A DNA stretch of 64,000 nt, taken from the NCBI GenBank assembly GCA_964035545.1, contig OZ037766.1, positions 27,511,673-27,575,672 of the forward strand, written 5' to 3'. Positions 51,496 to 63,925 of this stretch are shown in pieces (positions within the stretch are counted from its first letter, which is position 1; each line of letters opens with the position of its first letter). This stretch comes from Bugula neritina. Its lineage: Eukaryota > Animalia > Bryozoa. The position numbers and the translations under genes were made by a program. Below the pieces are notes generated by a model. That model saw only the letters and a program-made list of their open reading frames with translations, was not told the origin of the DNA and ran no database searches.

Positions 51496-54162
51496 GGTGA
51501 GATACGATGCAGTCCCTTACCCTCGGTTGGTTTACAGTTGTTAGTTCAGCCTACTAATATTGATGTGTATTAACAAAGAATTCTTCACATCTATTATCGT
51601 GAATATAAAGTGTACTACCCTTTGAATAAGTCATCTAATGATCAAGTTTCCTCAAGCAAAAGTTAGAGGTTTCTCACTATGACGTATTTTTACTACACAC
51701 AAAATAGGATGAATGCCTAGGAATAACTGATAAGGTAGTATATATAACAGTACTCACCCAGCGAATACCAAAATACCAGCAAATAAGCTTACTTTGATTG
51801 ATTGTGAATGTAAAATAACAATCATACCAGTTCATAGATAATTTATAATACCAATGCTAATGCTATTGAGCCGTACAAAAGCTATGGCTATCAACAGTTT
51901 ACACCTAACAACCTGACAACTTATAATAGCATGCTTAGTAGTAGAAACTTGCTGTTTTTAGAATGTAGGCAAAGCAGTAGGTAAAGCCCATAGTGTAACC
52001 TACTCAAACGCATGCCTTGTTTTATTGTTATTGTAATTGTTCTACCATAAATGGTGTGGTCAGAAAGCATTGTGGGTATTGTTCCAAAACTGAATGGCGT
52101 AATAGGTTTGACTACGTAAGCATGGGTGTGTTTTGGCGGATGCATATCAATGATTAAGTTGTTTACATATTTTTCACATTTTCATCAATATGAAATGAAA
52201 ACAACTTTCTTAACTCAATATTTCAAAACTAGGCCATAGTCACAGCTATCCAGATTGTAAATGTTCATTTGCATTTATATTACATTATATTGTTCTAATT
52301 TAATATTTTACTGTCCTAATCTTGCATTGCACAGAAAGAAAGTTAATTGATTCAAATCTCAAAGAGATAAATTTCAATCATGTAATACTTATAATATACA
52401 GTTATATAACATATATATTTTTCAAAAATATGTAATATATCTAATACATAACTGTAAAGTTAATTATATAAAACATGAATTAAACGCAAAACTGTAAATA
52501 AAGTGAGTTACGAAATCAAAACAGTCTGCATGAAACACAATTTTTACTATGACAAAAATTTCACACCAAGCTGTACAGCCTCTTTTATACACTTTGATTC
52601 TGGATTACATTATAATATATAATGCAATGAAAAATATATTGTTTCACTTGCCATAAATGTTTTACATGAAATAGTAATAATACTGCATATTGAATTAGGA
52701 ATAGACAACCCTAACAATCTACCATTTAGTATTTGTTCTTGGACAAAGTAGCATATTAAAATAGACAACTCCAAAGGCACAATTTTGCCCACTATTTCAA
52801 TAATAATTATAATTGTCAATAATATAGTTATTTTAACAATAATAGTGTCTGCATGAATTGCCCAACCCATGCTTTTAAAAAAACTCGTCTAATATTCTTT
52901 ATATAATATGTTGTGACATCTATATTTGTCACGAAGTGTTGTTCCTGATCATATAACCAAAAACGAAATCAATTGACATAGGTGTGCATACATGGTAAAT
53001 GTAAAAAAACTTAGAAATTTGATGTTGAGTATTATATATCAGATGGTTGAATGGTTTTATGAAAAGCTATGGTGACCTATTAGTTATGGCAAAACTTTCA
53101 AGCATTATTAGTTATATCCATTTACACATACAACTTTTCTGGTCAATAAATACGTGCATGTCCAGTAAAAATGGCAGAGGAAGAATTGACACAGGTAATA
53201 ATAGCTGCAAATATTTAAAAATGGGTAAAAATGGTACATTTTCAATATTGGGTTGGAGTTTCAGGTGGAATGTTTAAGTGTTTTGGCTAATTTAACATCA
53301 GTGTGCCAATTTTACATATTTTCCATTTGCGCCATTACTACCTGAAGTCCAATAACAATCTTATGCTGCAGGTGTAAATAAGAAAAAGTCCTAGATCTAC
53401 TAGGTTCATTTTGCCAACATAGATGTTCGTGTAAATTATATTATACAATTGGTGTGAATAATATACATGTTGGTGTGAATCAGTAATAACCAATAGAATT
53501 ACAAGCTAAGGCTGTAACTCTGACTATAAATCACATACTGGATGTAGTTGTTGATTGTCACTGAAAATCATCAAACTATACTGTGACTGCAGTTTAAAAG
53601 ATCAAAAATGCAGAAATCGCAAAACTATAGAGAAAATCACACGAAACAAGGCCAGTTTAAATGTTAGTCTGAATTTTATTATAGTATAGTCTAAAATGAT
53701 ACAAGATGTATGCACAAAATAGTATAAGCTGCAAATGTAGTATACTAATAAAATATAATGAATACAAAATACGAGTATGAGAAGTGCAGAATATACTGAC
53801 AAATAACTGCAGGGATTGTAAGAGAATTTAGGTTGATCATCATCAATGGACAGACTAACACAAGCACTAATAGTATATCACTAGTCCATAGTAACACTAG
53901 GTTAAAGTAGTACTAGGTTACAGTAATACTAGTCCATAGTAGTAATAGTCCAGTGTGGTAATAGTCCAGAGTATCACTATAGGTGAGAGTTATACTGGTT
54001 CAAAGTGCAGAAACAATACTGGCAGCAAATATCATTATTGTATATTAGCAGCATATCTGATTAGATGTGAAGAAGAAATATGAGTAACATGCAGATGTAC
54101 ATATACACTAGTAGAAAATAGAACAGAAAACTCAGTGCGAAACGTTTATTATATTTCAATGT

Positions 54163-57100
54163 TTAGTCCCAGAGTGGGTCACCAGTACCATAGGGATGAT
54201 GTACATGGTAGTTGAAAAGGGCATCGCCGCCAGGGTACATGGAGTACAGAAGGTCAAGGTCGTTGAGTAACCCAACAAAGACATCAGTGGTTGTGGCGGT
54301 AGTTTGCTGCGGCGTCGTAGATCCAGGAGTTGGCACAACTGGCTCGGTTCTAGTTAGCAAGAGAGTAGAAGATCATTAGAAAATACAAAATACTGTCAGC
54401 ACAGGGAATTCAGCATCTCATACTCAATAATAATATATCTTAATATAATATAATAACCATCAAGTATAAAGGAGCATGGGGCAGAGATAGCTTTTTACGA
54501 CACCTTGTAAATACTTTAGATGATCTTTTATTTTAAACAATTCAACAGAGTTCTGGCTTTCTTTTCTTTTTTCCAATTTTGTTCCTGTCTACTTATTATA
54601 GCCAGTATTTACACTGAATTTTGCAACGTGTTGTCATGTCTGTGATATGCAATAAATCAACCAATCAATCAAATTTAAACGAAAAATACAGCCTATTTGT
54701 GTTGAAGCCGTTCACAGGTTGTCATGTATTTTGTATTATGGCAGCTGAAGTTTAATTATAATGAATACTTTGTATAGGGTTTATGTGACCAGCACTTTCA
54801 GTATTTGTCAGTTTAAGCCTTTTTTGTATAGATTTGGTACAAAAAATAATTTTTGTGTTCTAAATTGTTATAAAAACTGCAGCATATAACATTTAAACTA
54901 TTTATTTAGGCCGTAAAAGTTTAAGCTTCTCATTATTTTGAAACCTTAGGTGGCAATCAGATATTGAGTGCACATAACAAAACATTTCTGTTATAGACAC
55001 AGAATATTTTGATGAACTCAGCTATAACTTTTAGTATTGCCTGCTCTTGCATATAGTATGTATAAACAGTTGACTTATGCTTATATCTGCTGCTGCGTTA
55101 AATAATAATACTCTGGATTAGACAAAAGAAATAAATTTATGAGATGGAAGTAAATAGACCAGAAGTTGAATCTAGACATGTGCATACATAAGATCTGACA
55201 TGTGCTACACATACCTGTAAGTTGTCACCCCTTGACACAGCTCTGCTAGGGTGAGTCCATATTCACTAACATCAGTGACTTGGGACACAGTCTGGAAGTA
55301 GGTCTCCTCTTCATACACTACTGGAATTGTCTCTTCAATCTACGTACAAAAGAGTAGCGTGTAATAACATGGAAAGGTGGGAGGGGGGTGAGCACCCACC
55401 CTTACTTTGATCAGGGAAGGCTGAGTAGTGGTTACAGAACTTGTCATCTAGTATTGCATCAGTATTCAGTATACACAGTTTAGTATCTGTATCACACTTT
55501 GAAAAACCAAGATAAGCTCAGTGATAGGAATTAGAAAAAACCTGTGTTTTAGATGAGACATGAAAATCATTTTCTTGCAAAGTTTCAACCAGTACCATAA
55601 GCCAAAAATCATAAAGAAAATTAAAGAAATTGGGCCACTAAAATTTCTCTGCCACTGCAGCTAAATATCATTTAGGAAATATAACACATGATAGTAATGT
55701 TAGTTATGCATCAGTGGTTACACAATATATGGATTACTGACAGACATGAACAATGTCAAGATATTAAAGTGCAGTAGTTTTCCAGTAAGCAGACTGTACT
55801 AAGCACATACACCAGATGACTGAGGTCTACCTCTACAAGTACATACCTCAATCTTCTGCAGGTAGAAGGAAAAGTTGGCTGGATTGGGTACCATGCCATC
55901 CAGAAATGAGGACAAGAACGGCATGAGGAGACAAATCTCACGCAAGTCATCTCGGATGGCAGTGAAATTCTACAATAAGATTACAATAGTAACTTTTCAT
56001 GAATTATTAAAAGCAGACCTATTGTATGTGGCTACTTGTGAGTTTTAACATTGGCAGTTGCTAACTCCATGAGATGTATTTATGTAGTATTATAAGACTG
56101 CATAAATAATTTGACTACAGCTTTACAGTGGTGCATCCAACCAAATAAATTTCTCTTGCATCTGTTTTCAAATAATCTATGAGTTTGGACAACCTGGTTG
56201 TGACATGGAAAAAAATGAGTAAAAACTAGGGTTTTGGCAAATATAGTTTTATTTCTTTAGGCATCAGGGTCTTTTGTTGTTGGGTCACCTATATTTGATG
56301 TTTTATTTAAAGTTAGGCTATGGGTTAGAGTTAGACTAAGATTATTGTTATTGTAAATAATGAGTTATTGGTTATTGTAGACTTGCTTTAGTTGATTGCT
56401 TTCATATTAGCTTTTTGTAGTCAAGCAAAACCAATTTCCGCCATAATACTCTTATCTTGGCTACTACTAAATCAGATGATAAAATATTCACAGTGACACC
56501 AATTTACTTTAGTCTGGAAAAGTTAAACCATAATGAAAATCATCAGTGTTCAATTTCCTATTTGCATTTTGGTTATAGTTAACCATCAAAGTGATAAGAA
56601 CTAAACACAAGAGTCAATATAGAGTAATAACTTCTGCTATTACGTAATCAGTTTGAATTTAATGTCTGCTAACAAGTAAATAGTAGCAATTGGTTACAAT
56701 AACACTTTATTATTGCAAAATCTATAAATAATAAGTTTAATAATTATGTTGGGTGAAATAATCAATTTTTGCCAGGAGAGCATTTGACCCAATTCTTTGT
56801 TTAAATGGTGCCAAATACTACTTCAAGTTAAAAATTGACTATTTCAATTTCTCTATACTCAAAATTTCAATATGTAGCAACTTTGACTATAGCAATATCT
56901 CTTGCAAAATAATTGTATTTGCTTTTCCACTTTAGCTGCATGTATAGTGTTCAGACCATTTTAGCATAATATGTATTGTAGAAGCCAAGTTAGCAAACAT
57001 GAGTATAAAAAGATACTGAGCCGATGTTGTGAAATAATCTAAAAGTATGTGGCAAAAAAGTTAATTACATAACTAAATTGTACAAGGGGGGACAACCCTC

Positions 57101-60100
57101 AAACTGTGCTCAGCTGATTGCTAAGCTTTCTTTGAATAACACTACAGAGATGTAACTAGTCAGCCCAGCTTTCAACAGTAAAAGAGAGACCATAGCTTGC
57201 AACAAACATCAATTACCAGGGAGTCCTAGGACACTCGTGATAAAAACTAAGACTAATGTTGTATTTTATACAAACTTAAGGCTGACAGTACAATCCACAA
57301 GCTGTTGAAAAGCTTGGATGTCCCTCATAGAAGCTATTCACACAAACCCACCTGGCTATTCCACTTTGATATAATCCTAATCAAATACTGTCTTATCAAG
57401 GATTTTGCATCAGATTTCCGCCTATGGGTTCAAGCTAATGGATATTTAATGTACAGACTTTAATTGGGTTTAATAAGAGAGCAAAACAGTTTCAAAGTGA
57501 ATAGAAAACCTGCGTTACTAATTGTATGGCATATAGTCAGTTGAAATGGATCGCAGCCATTTTCAATTAATATTGATTTAAATATAAAAAGTAGCCAGCT
57601 TTCACAGTACACAATTTCCAAATGCAGATGCTAAACTTGAGTTGAATAAAACTACGTTAGGCGTATAGCAAAGAAAACAAGGTTTTTAGGATGATTTTAT
57701 ACTGTTTCACAACACAGCCCAAGCACCCACCTTGTCAAAATCATTTCTTACAACAGCTGCAGAGGAGTTGCCCTTTCTTGGAATGGTCATTGTTTCCACA
57801 TTGCCTTTGATTTCAATATCTTCAGCATAGTCCACATGGTGGGAGGGTTCTTGGCCTGGGTAAAGCATCAAGTAAGAAGTGACATCTTGTATTCTGACAG
57901 ATTTATATGGAGTTGAAATACAAGTAACTTATATGGGCTACGTAATGCATTAATTCTAATTATCAGTTTGTACTGGTTATTCAAGTAAAATATTTTAATG
58001 TCTTGGCTAAAGGGCGACTTCCATTGGAAACTTGGAATAATTATTTTTCCAGTTATGACATACATTAGATATACAGGTCATATATTTATGGCCATTGCGT
58101 AATAATGGGACACGGTGTGTGGCTGTGAATAGACCACTCCATGTTACCTGACTCACTAGCACTGATGTCAATTGCGAAATGTTTGCATAGCTCCTATTAT
58201 CTTACATAACAAGCTATTGATCGAACTATTGTATATGAAAAGCACAGCTGAATTTGACAAACACAAAGAGCTCTGTTCACAGGCTAATTGTGGAGTAATG
58301 GGCATACACTATCTACCCTAGATCATCTTGTTGCCATATGTTGAAACCCTAGCTAACATTTCGATTATGTTATTCACTACTACTGTTAGCATTTTCCCCA
58401 TCAGCACCTGATTTACATGGGTCTGATGAACTGAATTAACCTGTTTACTTGTAGATTAACTTGCACCAATAGGTGACACTGAAACACAGCTCTACCCCCC
58501 TCCCTTTCCACTAGATGTCAAATTTAGTGACACTTCCAACTGCCTGAAGCTGAATATATTAGGAGCTATACCATAGAGTTGAAGAGCTACTACTATAATG
58601 GCCAGTATCACAATATGCCATAAAGTGCTGAAATCTGCAGGGAATATTAAAGCCAGTACCAGAGGTATCTGGCTATGTTGAAAATAGCAGTAGTTAAATC
58701 TAATAATTGTAAGAAGCCTGTGAAATAAGGTAATGTACTCTTAAACTAAATATTTACAACCAATACTAGTATGTTAAAATGTACATCCCTGCACCTAACT
58801 AAAGCGTAAAGGTAAAATTACATGTCAAATTACAGGTAAAAAAAATTACAGGTAAAATTATATATCAAGCTAACCTACAGCTCAGCATTACAACATGTAT
58901 TACTATGTATTGTTATAGTTGTAGATGACACAATTGTACCTACACTACACTTACTATTTAGGCTGTAAGTGTAGTCTTGAAGGAATAAGATTCTTATAAC
59001 GTTAGAGCATCTTTCCTCAGAACTTTCCTTAGCCTAGCTAAGTGAGCACTTGATTGCTAATAAACTTTTATTGTGGCAATCAAACAACTTGTTGTGGTTG
59101 TCAACAACTGATCAGCAATATTATATGCCAGTGAGATATGCACTAGTAAAGCTAACTGCATGACAGTATGTATTATACTGTGTGGCCCAGGTAATACATT
59201 ACTACTACCTTTAACACTACTTGATAATATTCCTTGTAATATGAAGCAGAAATAAACATAATATAAATAAATACATAATAATATAGTTTCACTATGGTGA
59301 CAAAATGTTTCACCATGGGAGAGAGAATTTCTATTAGCAGTTATCAGCCTCTATTAGCACCTTCTAAGCTTTTAGTAGTTAAACAATGTGCATTCCCACA
59401 AGTGGGAGAAGCTATTACATGTATGTATAGAACACAACGTGAAACTTCTGCTGCAGTGACTTACTTAAACCTGCACTATCTTAAACTTGCACTATCTTAA
59501 ATCTGTACTCTGTTAAACCTGTACTCTGTTAAACCTGTACTCTGTAAAACCTGTACTCTGGTAGATCTCCTGTGGTTGCAATACTAAGACGGCTGGCAGG
59601 AAAAATAAATAAAATCATCTCTAGTCTAATTTGAGAAAAAAAAACATGAATTACTTCAGTCACTTTCCATACAATAATAACATGTATACTTATCTTCAAT
59701 AATAAGTATACATGAAACTTGAAGCAATTCTTATTATAATAGCAGTAGTTACAGAGAGCTGCAATTTTATTCAATAGGAAAATATGAATGCTTGTTAAAT
59801 GTTGTGCATTACATATCACATTAATAGAGGTAAAATATCAGCAAGTTGAATAGATACAATGCTAATGGAGTTGAACCACCTGTGGGTTACAGCTGCTTCA
59901 ACACTTTCCTTGGCAGTTATAAACTTGAGAATATTTTCCAAGTGCCTGAACCATTAAAACTTTATTCTCAAACTAAATTAGATGCCTTAGCAGCTTAGCT
60001 AATGCTAATAGACCTAGCCTAATATATTGGCAATATCTAATGTAACTAATGTAACTATTTGAAGTAGGTAGTTAAATATAATAGTTACCCATACATCAAA

Positions 60101-62267
60101 TAAATACATTGAACACGTACCTTGAATAGCTTTCAGGGCCTTGGGCTTGTCAGTGTTGTTGTACTTGGACATGTCCACAATACCAACCCCGCAGCGCCCT
60201 CTGAAATCATTTTCCTCCTAAGAAATACACATAGTCCAATTATTTAAGAAATGCCGAAGGAGTATTCTTCATACACTCTGCTTAATCGCTGCATTCTATA
60301 TGACTCATTACCACTCCACTACTCATTCTCAATGCTCTATAAACCAATTCAGTTAATCTGATTGTTGTATGTCTCATTGTAAATTGGCATTCATAGTTAC
60401 AACACAAAAAACTGTAAACAATCCAAAGGGTGAATGCCCAATATCACTCTACTGCATTTCTCAAGAAACTGTAAAAAACCTTACGACAGTGTAGTAGGTT
60501 CCAGTCCAGAGCTGCATGGAGCCAAAAATACAGACTGTCACACCAAGAAGCATGCCTAGTAAGAGCAGAGGCAGCAGACACATGTTCCTCCTTCTGACCT
60601 GCCTCTGTCTGCGTGCGGCAGCATGATTGTAGGTCACAACTGGTGCCGTAGTCTCTTTGTATACCACATAGTCATCAGCTCTTGACCCCTAATATACAGT
60701 GGGACATGTGAAGAGCTATGATAAGCTGCAGGTATACTAGTATGTCACTACCAGCTACTATGATGGTAGCTACTACCAGTTACTACTTTCAGTACATAGG
60801 GTGATAGGCTAGTCACCAAAACTCCAAAATTTCCTTTAACCTACTTCTGTAAGCAGAGGTGACCTCATATAGCATAAGACCTTTATCTGACATAATAATA
60901 TTTAATGAAAATATTTCCACATCAGATAAGATAGATCAGAATTGAAATTATCAATAAGTCCTGTCAGAGTGATGAAGGACAAGAATAGCCAGTACCAATG
61001 AACTAAAACTTATAGTTATAGCTCAATAGATTGTGCAGTATCACCTAGTATTGGAAAAGCTGGGGGTCGAATAAACAATTTGGTTTGAATTTCATATGAA
61101 CTAAATTACAATAGAAAGTATGAATTTTTGTGACTACAGTGCAGGAAAAAAAGTTGTCTAGGCAAGAAATGAAATATAAAATTTTTAATTTCTCAATAAA
61201 TTGGGCATCTGTTGGTTAGATAAATCAGGGTTAAGACTCTAACGACGTAAAAATTCAGAAAGAATAGAATATCCTATTCATTTCTTTAGGTGGGGACTTC
61301 AAGTATTTTAGTAATGGTGTTTGAACTTTAATTTGGCGGTAGATTTTGGAATCATATTTGAGCGCAGCAGCAGTTTCATCAATGAAAGCATGACTATCAA
61401 TATTAAATTAAAATCCAATATGAATAACGGTATGACTACGAGTACAACTATAAATATTACAATAACACCATAGCGAAGCCCAACAACCTTGGACGGCTAA
61501 ATTTAATATATCACCTTTAAGAATAATCACTTAATACTTCAAGTTGAATTAGAAAAGTGGTTTTAATGTTAAATCATACTGATACTGTACAACTACTGAA
61601 CTAGTACTACAACTATTACTGAACTACAAATATTGTAAGTTAAAGTAAAACCAAAAGTAAAAGTATTACTATTAGTATTACCATTGAGTTTAACATTGCT
61701 ATTACTATTAGTAAAAGCTCAACTTCAACTTTAAGTTGTGTATTACTACTAGTACTAGTAGTAGTACACTAGTACTAGTACCGCTACAAGTGCAGCCGTA
61801 GAACTAAAGATACTCACAGTTTGAGTTACTGTGGGTCACCACCACAAGTCCCTATGGCCTATGGCATAACACTAACAGGTAGCTACGGTTAGTCGCAGTG
61901 AATTGTGAAGTACAAAAACTACTAGTACTGTAGTAGTACTATAAGGATAAGTATAACTATAATTATACTAATACTATAGCTATACCGAGTTATAGTCTAT
62001 AAGTCAAAGTGTAACTGTACGTTATTAATAATATTAGTACCACCCATGAATAATACTATAAGTATAAGTATAATACTAATACTAATAGTATTACTATTAG
62101 TATTTAGTACCAGTCATGAGTCAAGTTCGACTACCTACATCATGATCGTATTCATTTTCTCCAGTAAGAGCTTTTTTCTCGTCTGTCACTTGGATTTCCA
62201 CGTCAGGGAAATCATCTCGGTCTTTTTTCTCAGGATTGAGTGCGTGTTCGGCTGTGTATATGGTCAT
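54163..62267 (-). CDS. BRICHOS-domain type II membrane protein, ITM2/BRI2-like (329 aa; 343 aa if the optional 42-nt exon 59592-59551 is real)
   Basis: Exons 62267-62139, 60688-60485 (basic RRQRQVRRR then TM segment CLLPLLLLGMLLGVTVCIFGSM), 60217-60121 (GRCGV), 57855-57731 (EDIEIKGNVETMTIP..AVVRNDFDK), 55969-55847 (NFTAIRDDLREICLLMP), 55339-55215 (EYGLTLAELCQGVTTYR) and 54349-54163; phases consistent, 990 nt. The conserved BRICHOS Asp and both Cys are present. Confidence 0.85.
59459..59560. repeat. 16-bp tandem repeat (TTAAACCTGTACTCTG / TTAAACCTGCACTATC), ~6 units
   Basis: Directly visible; two sub-variants arranged in a gradient. Confidence 0.9.
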
Positions 62268-62674
62268 CTTGATGCAATTTGTAGTATTGTGATTATAGCT
62301 GTTCACTTTCGAACCACCATACAATAAAAATCGAAGTACTTGTTTGTCCTCTGTATCCAATCAATGCATACTGTAGTGTAATTATTATCTTCTACTAGGG
62401 GAGCTCATTACCTTTGCACAACCCACACTCTGATTCGTCGTTGCTATTGACTGTTGTTTATGATTGGTCTAACAATTCAATCAAAAGCCCTCCAAATAAG
62501 CGAAATCTTTTTTAATCACACCGATCTACAAACGGATGCAATAAACAATATTAATTTTTTGAAAATAGGAAGTTATCGTAGCACGAAGAAAAAATATGCT
62601 GTAGTTATTGTTTAAACACTATGTACATCACATGATAAAAATCCTTATGCGGAATCAATCACATGACAAATAAA
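62268..62674. promoter_or_regulatory. Bidirectional promoter between the BRICHOS gene and MFSD1
   Basis: About 400 bp between divergent ATGs. CCAAT boxes (~62357 and reverse ~62461), TCACATGA (M-box/CLEAR-like) at 62628-62635 and 62659-62666, and AAAATGGCG at the likely start codon. Confidence 0.6.
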
Positions 62675-63925
62675 ATGGCGTCAACCGAGACTACCAAGTA
62701 TGACAGCTCAGAAGTTAAAGGAGACCATGAAGCTGAGCCGTCTGAGGGAACGCCTCTTTTAGCTAATAGTAATAAAGATGAAGAACCAGAAGAGTTGCAT
62801 GGATGTGGTGCTACTTTGGCTTGCGATCCTCGACGCCCTCTACATCGATATTTGGTCTTAATTTTAATGTGTCTACTAAGTTTTGGTGAGCACCTTCAAC
62901 ACTATCACTATGATACTCTATGAGTAAGACTATAACTATGACTGAGTCTGATATTAATATAAGTTGTTGATGCATTTGAAAACAAATAAAAGTTAAATTA
63001 ATATTAAAATATAATTTAAATTATCATTATGTTTATGAATATCGACAAAGCTGATTCAAAGTCTTAGCTATTCAAGTCAATCATCAATGGCTAATCAAAT
63101 TCAGTTTGAACTTAAATCATGCTCGCGGTCACTTGTCCTTGGTGATCATGATTTAGATTGGCCAAACCAGAAAATCCTATATGAATCTAAACAAGAAATT
63201 GATTAGACTCACTTCAATTTAAATTTTGAACAAGTGTAACTGTAATTACTTTCACAAAATAATATGGTCATATTTTTACAGAAAAAATTATCAATCATGT
63301 ACAATCATGGAGTAATAAAAATGGAAAGTTAAAGTTAAACTCATTTTCCTCTACTTCCAGACTCTCATATAATAAGCAAGGCTGTTTATGAAACAGTTCT
63401 ATGAGTAGTTCTACAACTGTTACTGCTGCCATGTTATAAATTCTACTATATACTTTTAGAGTTTACTTCAACTAACTAGAAATGTCTAATTACTAAATTT
63501 TTAGTTTTTCAGCAGCTCACCTACTGTTTTAGTTAATTATAGCTACTGTAGTTATGTCTAAGTTTATGTATATATTTTGTGAATGCACTTGCAGGCTCAT
63601 ACTTCTGCTATGATAATGCTTCGGCCTTGCAAGATGACATGATGTCAGATTTAAACCTTAGCACAGAATCCTACATGATGTTCTATTCAATGTGGGTATT
63701 CAATTTGTTTCTCTACATAAGCCCATCTCCACTCAGAGATTTTCTGCTATATGTTGAAAATGAATAGCAATTGTTTTGTCAGGCGGTGTTATACTCGTCT
63801 TACATATTTACAGGTACTCGTACCCTAATGTTATCCTGTCTTTCATTGGTGGATATCTCATTGACAAAGTGTTTGGAGTGAGACTGGGGGCCATTATATT
63901 TGCCGGATTTTGTCTTCTTGGTCAG
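62675..63925 (+). CDS. MFSD1: Major facilitator superfamily domain-containing protein 1 (lysosomal transporter), 5' partial; continues beyond the window
   Basis: Exons 62675 (or upstream in-frame ATG 62663)-62885, 63595-63691 and 63814-63925; phases 1,2,0. Motifs CDPRRPLHRYLVLILMCLLSFGSYFCYDN, YSYPNVILSFIGGYLIDKVFGVRLGAIIF..GQ; N-terminal dileucine signal EGTPLL. Confidence 0.93.

Noticed and set aside
62046-62327. 93-aa plus-strand ORF with a hydrophobic N-terminus resembling a signal peptide
   Set aside because: Antisense to BRICHOS exon 1; the hydrophobic stretch derives from the ATACTA low-complexity tract.
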